Shown piece after piece: positions 43,246-43,449 of a stretch of 43,449 bases of DNA (its first letter is position 1; each line of letters opens with the position of its first letter). Origin of the DNA: Candidatus Dormiibacterota bacterium. GTDB taxonomy: Bacteria > Chloroflexota > Dormibacteria > Aeolococcales > Aeolococcaceae. The stretch lies in assembly GCA_003170875.1 (NCBI GenBank), contig PMYJ01000048.1:1-43449 (forward strand), given 5' to 3'. The notes beneath the pieces are model-generated. The model was given only the letters and a program-made list of their open reading frames with translations. It did no database searches and was not told the DNA's origin. The translations under genes and the position numbers were made by a program.

Positions 43246-43449
43246 ATGATTGTCCTGGTCACGATTCACGGGATTGGGTTTCAGAGCGCGCCAACCGCCC
43301 TGAACGCCGATGACGGATACGCCGACCCCCTCCACAAGAACCTCTGCGCACAGCCCCCGCTAGGTGATGGCGTGCTCGGCGACGACCCCAACCGGCTCCA
43401 GGCTGGCGGCGATGGGCCCGTGTATGTCCAGAGCTGCGTTCCCCTCGAC
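43246..43449 (+). CDS. Partial CDS (5' end), possibly an alpha/beta-hydrolase-like protein
   Basis: AAGGAG at 43234-43239 lies 6 nt before ATG 43246. The translation MIVLVTIHGIGFQSAPTALNADDGYADPLHKNL... stays open to the window end. It is absent from the track because it has no stop. Confidence 0.6.
   Translation, partial: MIVLVTIHGIGFQSAPTALNADDGYADPLHKNLCAQPPLGDGVLGDDPNRLQAGGDGPVYVQSCVPLD

Noticed and set aside
42766-43335. 189-aa minus-strand ORF in the last intergenic region
   Set aside because: The translation is Arg/Gly/Pro/Ser-rich with no structure-like segments. It overlaps the 3' end of the coupled small ORF and the start of the well-supported terminal gene.

Overview
This is a high-GC, actinobacterium-like chromosomal window. 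GTG starts are frequent, and many adjacent genes have overlapping stop and start codons (ATGA or GTGA). Almost every real gene also has a long antisense shadow ORF.

Gene content, left to right:
1. A minus-strand Dpp/Opp-type ABC peptide importer (binding lipoprotein, two ATPases, two permeases; 1-5579).
2. A minus-strand operon of a MarR regulator and two tandem HpnL-like membrane proteins (6003-8649).
3. Divergent from it, a tightly coupled nine-gene hopanoid operon (8823-19817): polyprenyl synthase, type-2 IPP isomerase, a fused HpnC-HpnD, HpnE, squalene-hopene cyclase, an SRPBCC protein, HpnH, HpnA and HpnG.
4. Miscellaneous genes (19868-32330): MarR plus a GH5 glycosidase, GntR, a small zinc-ribbon protein, a deazaflavin-type oxidoreductase, a VOC protein, TfoX_C, two abutting gene fragments (MarR and P-type ATPase), an NCS1 permease, an AlkZ/YcaQ-like protein, PEP carboxylase and a dienelactone hydrolase.
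5. An accessory-looking stretch (32.4-38.1 kb), visibly lower in GC in places. It holds a WXG100-like helper, a WXG-headed polymorphic toxin, an overlapping immunity gene, and then an operon of a lipoprotein, a PKD-like protein, two TadE-like proteins and a TadG-like protein with no pilus machinery nearby.
6. A GAF-PAS-GGDEF-EAL protein, a membrane-anchored beta-propeller-like protein, two small coupled ORFs, and a partial gene at the right edge.

The points most worth follow-up are:
- the toxin/immunity cassette;
- the orphan Tad-like pseudopilin operon;
- a 76-nt double-hairpin repeat that sits in frame inside hpnE and also forms the 3' tail of the isomerase ORF;
- a second hairpin repeat family flanking an AT-rich islet between convergent genes;
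- a deletion scar that fuses two 5'-truncated genes.

I found no rRNA, tRNA, CRISPR array, transposase or integrase. All family assignments come from reading motifs in the translations. No database search was run.
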